64,000 nucleotides of DNA from Promethearchaeota archaeon Loki_b31 (lineage in GTDB: Archaea > Asgardarchaeota > Lokiarchaeia > Sigyniarchaeales > SOKP01). The stretch lies in assembly GCA_005222975.1 (NCBI GenBank), contig NJBI01000009.1, positions 20,449 through 84,448 on the forward strand, in the 5' to 3' direction. The notes beneath the pieces are model-generated. The model was given only the letters and a program-made list of their open reading frames with translations. It did not search any database and was not told where the DNA came from. Every line of letters begins with the position of its first letter. Position 1 is the first letter of the stretch. Of this stretch, positions 30,574 through 40,889 are shown in pieces. A program made the translations under genes and the position numbers.

Positions 30574-31488
30574 ATGTTGAAAGTTAAATCTATGTTAAGT
30601 AAAAAAGATTATAAATTAGGAATTTTTTATGGTAAAGATCCTGAAACTGAAGAATTAGCAACTAAATTCATTGGGCATTTAATAAATGACTTAAAATTTT
30701 GCTATGCTTGTCAAATATCAAAAAATAAAATAGATTGCATTCAATGTCGTAAACATCTAAAAAGTCATGCTAGTAAAATTTATTTCTATATAAAAGTTAG
30801 AGGGGCTTTTAATAGCGCTGAAGAAGATAAAATCAATCTTTTACCAAAAGAAATTCCTCCTATTGACTTTTTATTAGTGATTGGCATCCATAAAAATTTA
30901 CTTGTCAAATTACCTGAATATTTGAAAGATAAAGGAGTGAAAGCCGTAATTGTTCCCATTGAAAATCCTAAGTGGGTTTCTCCAGAACTTCAAGTTAAGG
31001 TTTTATTTGAGTTTGAACGATATAATATTCAAGCAGCATTTCCAAAACCTTTCTGTTCACTAAGTAAAGAAGAAGACCAATATAATAAAGTAGGATTTCA
31101 TATAACAAAACAACGGAATTATATTGATGAGTTCATAGATTATTTTCAGATAGGTGTACCAATTATATCTATTTTAATGAGTAGTGATGGGAGATCAATA
31201 GAGGATGCATGTATATTACAGAGTGCTCCATGTGGATCCACTAACTATATTATTCAAAAATTAAAATTGAAATGCTTTAATAAAGAAAATCAAGATGAAT
31301 TTAGCTTAATTGAGGAAATAAATAAAGCTCATTATTCATATCCTTGTAGAGCATCAATGTATCACGATCATATTCTAGAAGATTCGATTTTTCAAAAAAG
31401 TGGTTATATCGTCAGAAACTCTATTCGTTGCGAATTATATCAAGCTCGTTATAAAAGAAAATTATATGTGAAATTAGAAGAAAGTTAA
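30574..31488 (+). CDS. DUF166-like protein
   Basis: FPKPFCSL, SAPCGST, HYSYPCRASM motifs; extra N-terminal CxxC pair. Confidence 0.7.
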   Translation: MLKVKSMLSKKDYKLGIFYGKDPETEELATKFIGHLINDLKFCYACQISKNKIDCIQCRKHLKSHASKIYFYIKVRGAFNSAEEDKINLLPKEIPPIDFLLVIGIHKNLLVKLPEYLKDKGVKAVIVPIENPKWVSPELQVKVLFEFERYNIQAAFPKPFCSLSKEEDQYNKVGFHITKQRNYIDEFIDYFQIGVPIISILMSSDGRSIEDACILQSAPCGSTNYIIQKLKLKCFNKENQDEFSLIEEINKAHYSYPCRASMYHDHILEDSIFQKSGYIVRNSIRCELYQARYKRKLYVKLEES

Positions 31489-31545
31489 AATAAAATTAGA
31501 AAGAAAGTTGAATAATTTTTAAATTATTATTGCGTTTATGTTCAT

Positions 31546-31670
31546 AGTTGTAGCAGAGTTAGTAAAAAAATGGGATATAATAAGACGACTTAAAAATCTA
31601 AGTGAAACTAAGAAGTAATAATATTTTTAAAATTCAATAAAATAAAAAATAAAAATAAAGTAGAATAAGT
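31546..31670 (+). repeat. direct repeat copy 2 (displaced 3' end of nucleotidyltransferase gene)
   Basis: encodes VVAELVKKWDIIRRLKNLSETKK*, near-identical to VVAKLVKKWDVIKRLKNLSETK*. Confidence 0.85.
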
Positions 31671-31673
31671 TTC

Positions 31674-33083
31674 TTATTTCTTCTTGCGTTTAGGTTCAAT
31701 TTTTTTAATGATAATTGCCTCGGCGTGGATCTTGCAGTTCTTTAAGATAACCCTGAATCCGCCTGTGCCACCTACTCCAGGAATAGTCATCCCAACAGTT
31801 CCCATTGGAACCATCGCGCCTTCTGCTTCCCATTCTTCTTCCTCTTCCTCCTCTTCCGCTAACGCCTCTGCCCATGTTTCGACTATGGGATGGTTAACAT
31901 CCTGTAACCATTGTTTTAATGCGTTAATATCAATAACTTCTTCTTCAGTTGCGATTTTAGGTAAAAGGTCTTTCGGAAGGAACTCGCCAACGCGATCTTT
32001 TACTCCCTTGTTCATCCACACGATAGTCTCAATTCCACCATCGTATTGCTGGTATTTCGGTGATACGATGTATTGGATGCTGATGCCATTAAAACCGGGC
32101 ATCTGCTTGCCTCCACCAGTTTGATTTGCCATCGCGGTGAACGGAAGCCCGTTAATTGCTACGTCGCCGTAGTTTCGATCTACAATTCCGTGTCCGTTTA
32201 CTTCAGGGATGTAAAAATCGATAGCTTCGAAACAACCGCACGATGTATGTGGGAATTCCATGCCCGAAAATAGATAAATTCTATCAATTTCTCCTAACGA
32301 ACGTTTCTTGATCATCTCATTTATACCGGTATATTCGCCAGCAAGTTCGTTTAAGCAATCGCCTGGGGGAATTTCGAATAAAGGTCCCTTAGGATCGACT
32401 TTCGCAGCTGCCCTTGCATCGAACCAATTAATTGAACCGCATAAACTTGTTCGATCAGGTGTAATGCAACATGCGTGAGTCGGGGCGAAGGATTGGCATA
32501 ATACACATCCATAGAACATATCCACATCATCATCGTGGATTGTTCTGGCTCTCTCGTCTCTTTTATCGTAAATTCCTATTGCCATCTCATAAGGTTTTTC
32601 AACTTCTTTTTCATTTGTATAAAAAGTGACTTGAGCTTGTTCGATGATCGGTAGTTCAGCTTTGTAAAGTCTAATAAGAACTGTTCCTAGTAGTTGAAAC
32701 GAATTGAAGCCCTTTTCCACTGCTGTCTTAGAGATTCTTAGCCAGTTTGTATATCTCTGGTTAAGGTGCATAATTCCGTTGACGAAATTGCAGAATTCGT
32801 GGATCCTTCTTTCAAAAACGGCTTCTAAGTCCACTTCTAATTCTGGTCCGGCGACCTCTACTAATATTCCGATTGGATGGGTTGATCCTTCTTCCATGTC
32901 TTTTAAATCGGGTCCGTGGATTGTTATTTGACCATCTTTAATATCTTTTGCTGATTTGACTCTGCAAAGTTCAAAGTGTTTTTCCATTTTGGGGCCGCCT
33001 AATTCTACATACATTTGTTTTGCCCTAATACGTTCACCCTCGTATACAGGTCCAATTGGAACAGGAATATCTTCAAAACTCAT
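31674..33083 (-). CDS. cdhC: acetyl-CoA decarbonylase/synthase beta subunit
   Basis: YEGERIR, FYGCVLCQSFAPTH, PHTSCGCFE, acidic linker. Confidence 0.95.
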   Translation of the reverse strand: MSFEDIPVPIGPVYEGERIRAKQMYVELGGPKMEKHFELCRVKSAKDIKDGQITIHGPDLKDMEEGSTHPIGILVEVAGPELEVDLEAVFERRIHEFCNFVNGIMHLNQRYTNWLRISKTAVEKGFNSFQLLGTVLIRLYKAELPIIEQAQVTFYTNEKEVEKPYEMAIGIYDKRDERARTIHDDDVDMFYGCVLCQSFAPTHACCITPDRTSLCGSINWFDARAAAKVDPKGPLFEIPPGDCLNELAGEYTGINEMIKKRSLGEIDRIYLFSGMEFPHTSCGCFEAIDFYIPEVNGHGIVDRNYGDVAINGLPFTAMANQTGGGKQMPGFNGISIQYIVSPKYQQYDGGIETIVWMNKGVKDRVGEFLPKDLLPKIATEEEVIDINALKQWLQDVNHPIVETWAEALAEEEEEEEEWEAEGAMVPMGTVGMTIPGVGGTGGFRVILKNCKIHAEAIIIKKIEPKRKKK

Positions 33084-33124
33084 ATTGTATAATTCTCCTC
33101 TTAGTATTTTTCCTTTTTTAATTT

Positions 33125-33655
33125 TTATAAATTTTCAATTAATTTTTCTAAAAATTCTTTCCAATCGTTGTCGCTAAAATTCGGAAGACTAAATCGAGCG
33201 TTAGGATGTGAATATTTATCCAGTTCAACGGTTCGCAGGTGATTTTGAAAGTTCTTCAATCGACTTAAAGTCTGACTTACATAATAGACAACATGTCCAC
33301 CAAAAATAGCCATTCTATATTGTCCTTCGCCATCTAAGCCTTTCCAATCTTTATCTACTAGTCTACCGGTAATATTAATCAACGACATATCCCATAATTT
33401 ATCGTCTGGTATTTTACCTTTTACATACTTATATGTATGACCCGTAGTAAGGACGTGACAATCTAGTTTCTTTGCTATTTCAATAAAATAGTCAGCAACA
33501 TTTTTTCCATCAAGTTCCCAAGTTAAAGACTCTGAGCCTATGACAAAAAGCTTCTTTTTATCGTCCTTCAAGAAGTTTGCCATGACTTTTGGATCAAAAA
33601 CGGTCGTACCTTGTTCAGGTCCTGGGATATTCGCTTTTTGATATGGTCTTGTCAT
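33125..33655 (-). CDS. cdhB: ACDS/CODH epsilon subunit
   Basis: ANIPGP, W.GLDGEGQY, YYVSQTLS.LKNF, HPNARFS; ATG at 33655. Confidence 0.9.
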   Translation of the reverse strand: MTRPYQKANIPGPEQGTTVFDPKVMANFLKDDKKKLFVIGSESLTWELDGKNVADYFIEIAKKLDCHVLTTGHTYKYVKGKIPDDKLWDMSLINITGRLVDKDWKGLDGEGQYRMAIFGGHVVYYVSQTLSRLKNFQNHLRTVELDKYSHPNARFSLPNFSDNDWKEFLEKLIENL

Positions 33656-33808
33656 ATTTACATCAATTTCCTCTGTTAAAGATTTTAGCTGTAAGTTTAA
33701 AATAATTACTATATTTTTATTTATTAAGCGTATTTTAAAAAAGTTGGTTTTATTTAAATTGACCAAACTTATATGTATAAACATTAGAATTAAAGTGAAA
33801 TATTAGAT

Positions 33809-34108
33809 ATGTGCGAGTTTAAGATAATAAAGAAAAACGATGGCTCCCAAATATTAGAAGATATTGTAATTCTATCTTATACCGAAGATAGTGAATTATT
33901 ATTCAAGGATGTGATCGGAATGGGGGAGATATTAGAATCAGCCCTCATTTTAGATGTTAACACGTTAAATCAAACTTGTGTTGTACTGGAACATCCTCTG
34001 ATTAGGGGTTTTATTGACATAATTCAAAAAGTTAATAATAAAACAATTTCCAAATCCGAAGTTGAAAGTTTCGAAAAACAATTAGACGATCTCAAAAAGA
34101 ACCTTTAA
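33809..34108 (+). CDS. cooT: CooT-family nickel-binding protein
   Basis: N-terminal MCE motif, EDIV..., divergent from cdhBC. Confidence 0.7.
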   Translation: MCEFKIIKKNDGSQILEDIVILSYTEDSELLFKDVIGMGEILESALILDVNTLNQTCVVLEHPLIRGFIDIIQKVNNKTISKSEVESFEKQLDDLKKNL

Positions 34109-34161
34109 TTAGTACTGACATTCCCACACGCGTTAATTTTTTAATTAGTGAATCTTCTTAT

Positions 34162-35034
34162 ATGATTATGGAAGCAAGATTTTATGAAGAAGTAGATGAT
34201 TTTTATGATATCGCATATCCTTTTTTATTAGCGCGAGAGGCTGAAAACAACCTCCTTTTATCTCTTCTTAACTCTCTCAAAGAAAATATTCACCGTTATG
34301 GAAAAGAGGTGCCACTTTTATTTTCATTAACGGACCATGATGATGTAAAATTAATTGCTTTAAGAACCCCCCCGCGTGATATAATTATTTCCTATGTAGA
34401 TGATTTAAATTTTATCGAAGTATTAGTGGAAGAACTTTTAAAACGAAACGAGAAATTACCTGGCGTATTGAGTTTTAAAGAGGCGGCAGACAAATTTGCT
34501 GAGTTATGGTGTGAAGAAAATTCATTAAAACCTAATTTATTTAGGAAAGAAAGGATTTATAAATTAGAAGAAGTCTCAAAAGATACAATTGGTACTAAGA
34601 AGTTTTCTGTTGCATCAAAAACTCATCAAACAATAGTACTTAAATGGGCAGAGGATATGATAAAAGAAGCATTAGCGGATACAACAGAAGAAGATATTGA
34701 ACGGATGACTACTAATTTGAAAAATGAATTTGAAGAGAATAAAAGTAAAATGTTTCTTTTATTTGATAATAACGAACCCGTTTCAATGGTGAGAAAGGCT
34801 GGTAGAACTCCAAATGGTAATTTTGTTAACTTAGTTTACACCCCACCGTCCTTAAGAAGAAACGGATACGCAACTGAGTGCGTTGCAAAATTGAGCAAAC
34901 AGCTTTTAGAAGAAGGAAATAAGTACTGTTTCTTGTTTACGGATTTAAGTAATCCAACTTCAAATAGTATTTATAAAAAAATAGGTTATAGACCTGTTAT
35001 TGACGAAAATCACTATAAATTTTTAACAAAATAG
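34162..35034 (+). CDS. GNAT acetyltransferase
   Basis: VYTPPSLRRNGYA, NPTSNSIYKKIGY. Confidence 0.9.
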   Translation: MIMEARFYEEVDDFYDIAYPFLLAREAENNLLLSLLNSLKENIHRYGKEVPLLFSLTDHDDVKLIALRTPPRDIIISYVDDLNFIEVLVEELLKRNEKLPGVLSFKEAADKFAELWCEENSLKPNLFRKERIYKLEEVSKDTIGTKKFSVASKTHQTIVLKWAEDMIKEALADTTEEDIERMTTNLKNEFEENKSKMFLLFDNNEPVSMVRKAGRTPNGNFVNLVYTPPSLRRNGYATECVAKLSKQLLEEGNKYCFLFTDLSNPTSNSIYKKIGYRPVIDENHYKFLTK

Positions 35035-35054
35035 TATTTTGTTAAGGGGATATT

Positions 35055-36743
35055 TTATGGGGCGTCCCAGCCTCCATTTACTCTAGCATTATCGATATCT
35101 GCTTGAATACGCTCTCTTAAAGTCACATAATCTGTTTTTGCTACACGATTTAAAGGAAATTCGTCTAGAAAAACAACCAGTGAAGGTCTTTTAAACGCAG
35201 CCATTCCTTTGCAATGTTCCATAACATTTTTTTCTGTTAACTTTTCTCCTTCCTTCAATTTGATGTATGCAACGATACCTTCTGAAAAAACTTCATGTTT
35301 TGCTCCTACAACGCCAACAAACTCAACTTGTGGTAATTCTCCGATAAAAACCTCTACTTCAGGTGGGAAAACTTGATATCCTTTTGGTTTAATAAGAAAT
35401 TTCCTCCGACCTGCTAGATGGAGCCAATTATTATTACCTTTAAACCCCATATCTCCTGTGTATAATATTCCATCGACAGAAATGGTATTTCGAGTAGCTT
35501 CTTCATTGTTAAAATATCCCACAAATAATTGTGGTCCAGAATAACAAATCTCTCCAATTTCACCATTAGCCAATTCTTCTCCTGCTGTTCTATCTTCTTT
35601 CATTTGACTTCGAATTGTAAGAGGTGTTATGGGATAATCGTGTCCTAAGCTTTCTAAAATATCGTCAACTGTACCATCTAAAGGAGTATAACTGCAAAAA
35701 CCAGAGACTTCGGTTAAACCTAAACCAGATCCAAATTTAGGTGCCATACTCGAGAGTTTCTCTAGAAATGGACGGTCAACTGACTGTCCTCCATAAATAG
35801 CATATTTTAACGAACTTAGATCGTAGTTATTATAATTTGGTAATCGCCATTCCATAACGAACAATGCAGGTATTTGACCAAAAATCGTGACTTTATATTT
35901 TTGAATGGCGTCCAGAGTATTTGTGGGATTAAAGATATGTAAAACAACACATGTACCTCCTTTAAACAAAGTCGTCATAAGTTGCTCGGTAGTTCCGCCT
36001 ACATGAGAGGGTGGAAGGTTAACAAGCATGAGATCATCATCTTCTACATGAATCCCTTTGGCTAAGCACAAATTTTGGCAAGTAATACCTATATTTGTTA
36101 TCATTGCTGGTTTTGGAAATCCCGTGCTTCCAGTTGTAAAAATTATTAAAATAGGATCTTTTTCGTCAACTTTAGAACATTCTTCCAAAAAATCCTTCAT
36201 AGTATCTGGATTTTTAATGGCTTCTAAATATTCATTTTTTGCTTCCTCCGCAATTTGAAAAGCAGGAATAATTCCATTCCGATACTTATCTTCTGGGGTG
36301 CTAAACTGCACGACATATTTCAACCATGTAACTTCTTTTTTAATAGCTGCTCCAATCATTCCAAAATTTGCCGCTGATGTTTTTCCTAAATGGCAATACA
36401 TTTTTGCTTTCTCTTTTAACAATTCCAAACTTCTCATGATTTCTGCTGGCTTTAAGCGTAGGTCTAAAGGAGTCCACATTACCCCAAGCTTAGCGCAAGC
36501 GTAACCTAATACAATATGTTCATAGAGAAAAGGTAAAGATGTTACGAGTATATTTCCTTTTCTAAATCCCATATTGTATAGTTTTAACGCCATAGCCATG
36601 ATATTACCATTAAATTCTTTGTAAGTAACTTGTTTTTCAGTATTATATATAATTAAAGCTATTTTATCTGGAGTTTCTTTCGCCCATTTTTCGATAACTC
36701 CGCAAATAGTGTGAGGATATTTATCAAATTCTTCCCAAGACAT
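35055..36743 (-). CDS. acyl-CoA synthetase (AMP-forming)
   Basis: FTTGSTGFPK, GLTE, TGDMG. Confidence 0.9.
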   Translation of the reverse strand: MSWEEFDKYPHTICGVIEKWAKETPDKIALIIYNTEKQVTYKEFNGNIMAMALKLYNMGFRKGNILVTSLPFLYEHIVLGYACAKLGVMWTPLDLRLKPAEIMRSLELLKEKAKMYCHLGKTSAANFGMIGAAIKKEVTWLKYVVQFSTPEDKYRNGIIPAFQIAEEAKNEYLEAIKNPDTMKDFLEECSKVDEKDPILIIFTTGSTGFPKPAMITNIGITCQNLCLAKGIHVEDDDLMLVNLPPSHVGGTTEQLMTTLFKGGTCVVLHIFNPTNTLDAIQKYKVTIFGQIPALFVMEWRLPNYNNYDLSSLKYAIYGGQSVDRPFLEKLSSMAPKFGSGLGLTEVSGFCSYTPLDGTVDDILESLGHDYPITPLTIRSQMKEDRTAGEELANGEIGEICYSGPQLFVGYFNNEEATRNTISVDGILYTGDMGFKGNNNWLHLAGRRKFLIKPKGYQVFPPEVEVFIGELPQVEFVGVVGAKHEVFSEGIVAYIKLKEGEKLTEKNVMEHCKGMAAFKRPSLVVFLDEFPLNRVAKTDYVTLRERIQADIDNARVNGGWDAP

Positions 36744-36890
36744 TTTTTATCCTTTCTCATTTATATTTCAAAATATAATAATATAATTTTAGTTCATTAT
36801 TGCTATAAAATTATTCTATTATTGCGAATAAAATTTGGCATACAATACAAAAAGAAAGCTTTTTAGGTTAAATAGGAAGCATTATTTCGC

Positions 36891-37667
36891 CTATTCAAAT
36901 TTCTTTCGCAAATCTAAGATAAATTTTTTTTTATCTTCGTGTTCATACCATCCAGAAGCAATTTTTTCTATTTCATATGCATCCTTATAAGATTTATCAA
37001 GGAAATGATTGCTGCATAGTTTAATCGCGTTCAATACAGTTTGATTTTTTGAAAAGAGAAAACTCGCTTTTTTCATAGATTCTTCGATTAATTCCTCTCT
37101 ACTACCTACAATCTCATCAATTAACCCGATTTCTAAAGCTTTTTCCGCGCTTACTTTTTCACCAAACATAAGCATCTTTTTCGTCCATGGAATCCCTATA
37201 ATTTTTGAAAATAGAACTACACAACCAGTGCCAGGGAAGATTCCAGAGCGTATTTCTGGCATTTGAAAAAAACTATCTTTAACGGCGATTCGATAATCGC
37301 AACATATTGTGAACACAACACCTTCGCCCATCGTTCTACCATTTATAGCACAAATAACCGGTTTTCCGTTAAATAACAATTTACAAATATCTGCAGCAGT
37401 AACTTCGAGATCTCTAACAGCTGCATTATTGCTACCATCAATAGCATCTAAATCCATTCCTGTACTGAACGAATAGCCGCTGTTTGTTAAAATTAAACCT
37501 CTAATTTTATCGTTGTTTTGGCAGTATTCAATCGCTTTTTTTAAATATCTTAATTGATCAATAGTAAAAGCATTCGACCGATGAACTCTATTGAGTGTAA
37601 TCGTGCCAAATCTTTTTTTTACAGAAAACTCAATATACTCTCCAAAATCTAAATTATTAATAGACAT
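36891..37667 (-). CDS. enoyl-CoA hydratase/isomerase family
   Basis: FSTGMDL, KPVICAING, MPE..GIFPG. Confidence 0.9.
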   Translation of the reverse strand: MSINNLDFGEYIEFSVKKRFGTITLNRVHRSNAFTIDQLRYLKKAIEYCQNNDKIRGLILTNSGYSFSTGMDLDAIDGSNNAAVRDLEVTAADICKLLFNGKPVICAINGRTMGEGVVFTICCDYRIAVKDSFFQMPEIRSGIFPGTGCVVLFSKIIGIPWTKKMLMFGEKVSAEKALEIGLIDEIVGSREELIEESMKKASFLFSKNQTVLNAIKLCSNHFLDKSYKDAYEIEKIASGWYEHEDKKKFILDLRKKFE

Positions 37668-37758
37668 AAATAAAATTTATTTTCTTTCAATAAAAAGTAA
37701 TTATTATTAAAAATCCCTTCTAACTAATAATAAGAATAATTTTAAATAGCTGAAGAAA

Positions 37759-38700
37759 ATGGAACTTGATAAAATAAAGCGCATATTGGTTGTAGGTGCT
37801 GGCACGATGGGACACGCCATTGCACAAGTCTATGCTACTGCCGGGTTTGAAGTAGATCTTGTAGATTTAAATCAAGAGGTTCTTGATAATGCCATAAATA
37901 AGATTAAATCAAACCTTTCTTTGTTGGTAGAGTATAAGCATGTAAAAAGTGGTGAAATTTCAAATATTTTGAATCGTATCCATCCATCTACCGATTTAAA
38001 AGTTGCTGCCCAAAATTGCGATTTAGTTTTAGAAGCAGTTTCTGAAGATCGTAACATAAAGCGAGATGTTTTTTCTCAATTAAATGAATTCTGTTCTGAA
38101 GATATTATTTTAGCAAGCAATACTTCTGAATTAAATATATTCAATGTCGCAAAAGTTAAAAATCCGAAACGCTTGGTAATCCACCATTGGTTTCATCCAC
38201 CATACATTATTCCTTTAGTTGAAATAGTAGCTGGGCGTAAAACTTCTTCTGAAGTCATTGATATTTCGTTTAAATTATTAGAAAAAATTGGCAAAAAACC
38301 TTTAATCTTGAAAAAGTTCACGAATGCTTTTATTGTCAATAAAATCCAGCAAGCAATTAATTCTGCGGTCTTTGCTCTTTTAATACAAGGCATAGCTTCT
38401 CCAGAAGAAATTGACATGGCGATTAAGAACAGTGTAGGTATACGTCTGCCGTTTGCCGGAGTAGCACAAAATCTTGATTTTGTAGGACTCGATGTTGTAT
38501 ATGATATTATCAAGAATATGGGCATGGATCTCGCGCTACTTAAAAATAAAGTGAAGAATGGGCAATTAGGGGCTAAAACATCAAAAGGTTTTTACGATTA
38601 CCAAGGTCGAACTGAAGAAGAAATCCTTACTAAGAGGGATAAACTTTACTTACAAATGCTCGATTTTCTTAAACAAATGAACGCATTTAAACCAATTTAA
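37759..38700 (+). CDS. 3-hydroxyacyl-CoA dehydrogenase
   Basis: GAGTMG, EAVSE, ASNTS, HWFHPP, GFYDY. Confidence 0.92.
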   Translation: MELDKIKRILVVGAGTMGHAIAQVYATAGFEVDLVDLNQEVLDNAINKIKSNLSLLVEYKHVKSGEISNILNRIHPSTDLKVAAQNCDLVLEAVSEDRNIKRDVFSQLNEFCSEDIILASNTSELNIFNVAKVKNPKRLVIHHWFHPPYIIPLVEIVAGRKTSSEVIDISFKLLEKIGKKPLILKKFTNAFIVNKIQQAINSAVFALLIQGIASPEEIDMAIKNSVGIRLPFAGVAQNLDFVGLDVVYDIIKNMGMDLALLKNKVKNGQLGAKTSKGFYDYQGRTEEEILTKRDKLYLQMLDFLKQMNAFKPI

Positions 38701-38771
38701 AGAAAAACATTTAATTCAATAATTTTCATTTAATAATAAAATTATAATATTGAAACTGTAATGAAATTAAA

Positions 38772-40889
38772 ATGCCCAAAACACTAGATGCTTTTATCGA
38801 GGATAAAAATATCAATTTAATTAGAAAAAGGGATTTAAAAAGATCTTCAAATCTGAAAAAGGAATTTAATGAAATCAATCAACACCTTTATGCGAAATTA
38901 AAACACACGGAAACTGATACAAGAGCTCGTTCAAATGAAATTTTAAAACTTATTTTATGTAAATTAGTTGATGAAATAAGTAATTCTTTACCTGATTCTA
39001 TCATGTCGTTTAGCATTAAACAGGGTGAAACAGAAAAAAAATTATTCGATCGGCTTCAGAATTTCTTTAAGGAGAATCTAAAAGATAAATATAAGAATCT
39101 CATTGATGAAAATGAAAAAATCAATTTAAACAAAGAGTTGGTATTTTTAATTGTTGAAAAATTACAAAGAATATCTCTTCTTGAATCTTCTAAAGATGTT
39201 TTGGCTGATACTTTTGAGATCTTTGTAAGTAGATTATTAAAAGAAGAAGGAGGGCAATTCTTTACTCCCACGAGTATAATTAAATTTATGGTGCGCTATT
39301 TAAATCCCGAGACGGATTCTAAGATTATAGATCCTGCGTGTGGGCATGGTGGTTTTCTATTAGAATGCAAAGACCTCTTATGGTCAAAAATTGAACAGAA
39401 ATACGGAGCTCAAATAGATATTTTTAAAAAAAAGAAAATCGAAGTTATATCCAATCTCTATGGGATTGATAAGGATTCATATCTAGCAAAAATCTGTAAT
39501 TTATACTTAGATATAATAAGTCAGGGTAAATCTAATATATTTTGCGATAATTCTCTGGATCCTAATAACTATAGTAAAGAATCTTCAGATGCAATAAAAA
39601 ATAACCATTTCGATTTTGTGGTTACTAACCCCCCTTTTGGCGCAAAAATACCCATTGATAATAAGGAAATTTTAAAAAAGTATGCTTTAGCACATAAGTG
39701 GGACTACAAAGATAATATATGGGTTAAACAAAATAAGTTAGTTAAAAAACAACCACCTCAGATTCTATTTATAGAAAGATGTGTACAACTATTAAAAGAC
39801 AGTGGAAAATTAGGAATTGTTTTACCTGAAGGTCTTTTTGGAAATCCTTCAAATAGATATATCTGGGAGTATTTACGGAGTAAAGGTAAGATAGTAGGAA
39901 TTATTAGTTTAGATCAGAACACATTTCAGCCTTACACATGTAATAAGACAAGTATTCTTTTCTTTCAAAAATTAAAAGAAATCCCCAAGAACTATAAAAT
40001 TGATTTTGGAATTGTTGACAATGTTGGCCACGATAAAGACGGAAAAGTTTTGTATAAATTAAATAAGGATGGAAGTATAAAATATGATCAGTATAAAAAA
40101 CCGATTGTCAATAATGAATTAATTAATTTACACCTTAAAATTAATGAAAGTGCTGAATTCAGCTACTTAGAAAACCAAAAAGTTTTCAAATTAAGTTTAA
40201 ATCAGATAAAAAACAATATTTTCATACCTAACTATTACACAGGCGTAGAAAAAACTCTAAAATCTTTAGAAAATAATAAGGACTTTCAATTAGTATCTAT
40301 AGGTGATTTAGTTAAAAAAGGAATAATCTACACAAAAAATAAAGGGTACTTACCAAGAGGAGACGAAATTGGCTCACACGTTTATGGTTTAGGAGATATT
40401 CCGTTTATCCGTACTAGCGAAATTAATAAATGGGAAGTCGATCTAAATTCACATAAAAAAACTTCCAACGAAGTATACGACCAATTTAAAGACAAACAGA
40501 ATATCAAAATTGGAGACATTCTGTTAGTAAAGGATGGCGGGCCAAATCTAATTGGAAATACAGCATTTATTACTGAGTTAGATACAAGAATTATTATCCA
40601 GAGTCATATATTTCAGATAAAAACTCTTAAAAATAACGATTATATTGATTCGCACCTTTTATTATACCTTCTAAATCTTGACATTGTTCAAAAGCAAATA
40701 AAAGCAATAACCTTCGTTCAAGGCACTATTGCTACAATTGGTAATAGAATAATGGATGTAATTTTACCAATTCCATCTGAGATTAATAAAAGAAAAGTAA
40801 TTTCAAAATATATTAAAGAAATTATTGATAATAAAACAGAAATAAGAAAGAAAATAAATAAACTCTCTATTAACTATTTCAGTGATTAA
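38772..40889 (+). CDS. N6-adenine DNA methyltransferase fused to a specificity (TRD) domain
   Basis: GQFFTP, DPACGHGGFL, NPPF; C-terminal HsdS-like segment (GDILLVKDG...IPIP). Confidence 0.88.
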   Translation: MPKTLDAFIEDKNINLIRKRDLKRSSNLKKEFNEINQHLYAKLKHTETDTRARSNEILKLILCKLVDEISNSLPDSIMSFSIKQGETEKKLFDRLQNFFKENLKDKYKNLIDENEKINLNKELVFLIVEKLQRISLLESSKDVLADTFEIFVSRLLKEEGGQFFTPTSIIKFMVRYLNPETDSKIIDPACGHGGFLLECKDLLWSKIEQKYGAQIDIFKKKKIEVISNLYGIDKDSYLAKICNLYLDIISQGKSNIFCDNSLDPNNYSKESSDAIKNNHFDFVVTNPPFGAKIPIDNKEILKKYALAHKWDYKDNIWVKQNKLVKKQPPQILFIERCVQLLKDSGKLGIVLPEGLFGNPSNRYIWEYLRSKGKIVGIISLDQNTFQPYTCNKTSILFFQKLKEIPKNYKIDFGIVDNVGHDKDGKVLYKLNKDGSIKYDQYKKPIVNNELINLHLKINESAEFSYLENQKVFKLSLNQIKNNIFIPNYYTGVEKTLKSLENNKDFQLVSIGDLVKKGIIYTKNKGYLPRGDEIGSHVYGLGDIPFIRTSEINKWEVDLNSHKKTSNEVYDQFKDKQNIKIGDILLVKDGGPNLIGNTAFITELDTRIIIQSHIFQIKTLKNNDYIDSHLLLYLLNLDIVQKQIKAITFVQGTIATIGNRIMDVILPIPSEINKRKVISKYIKEIIDNKTEIRKKINKLSINYFSD

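Larger units (their letters stand above)
27066..31545. mobile_element. putative ~4.5 kb genomic islet bounded by ~120-bp direct repeats
   Basis: flanking duplicated gene 3' end; very AT-rich cargo; no integrase seen. Confidence 0.5.
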
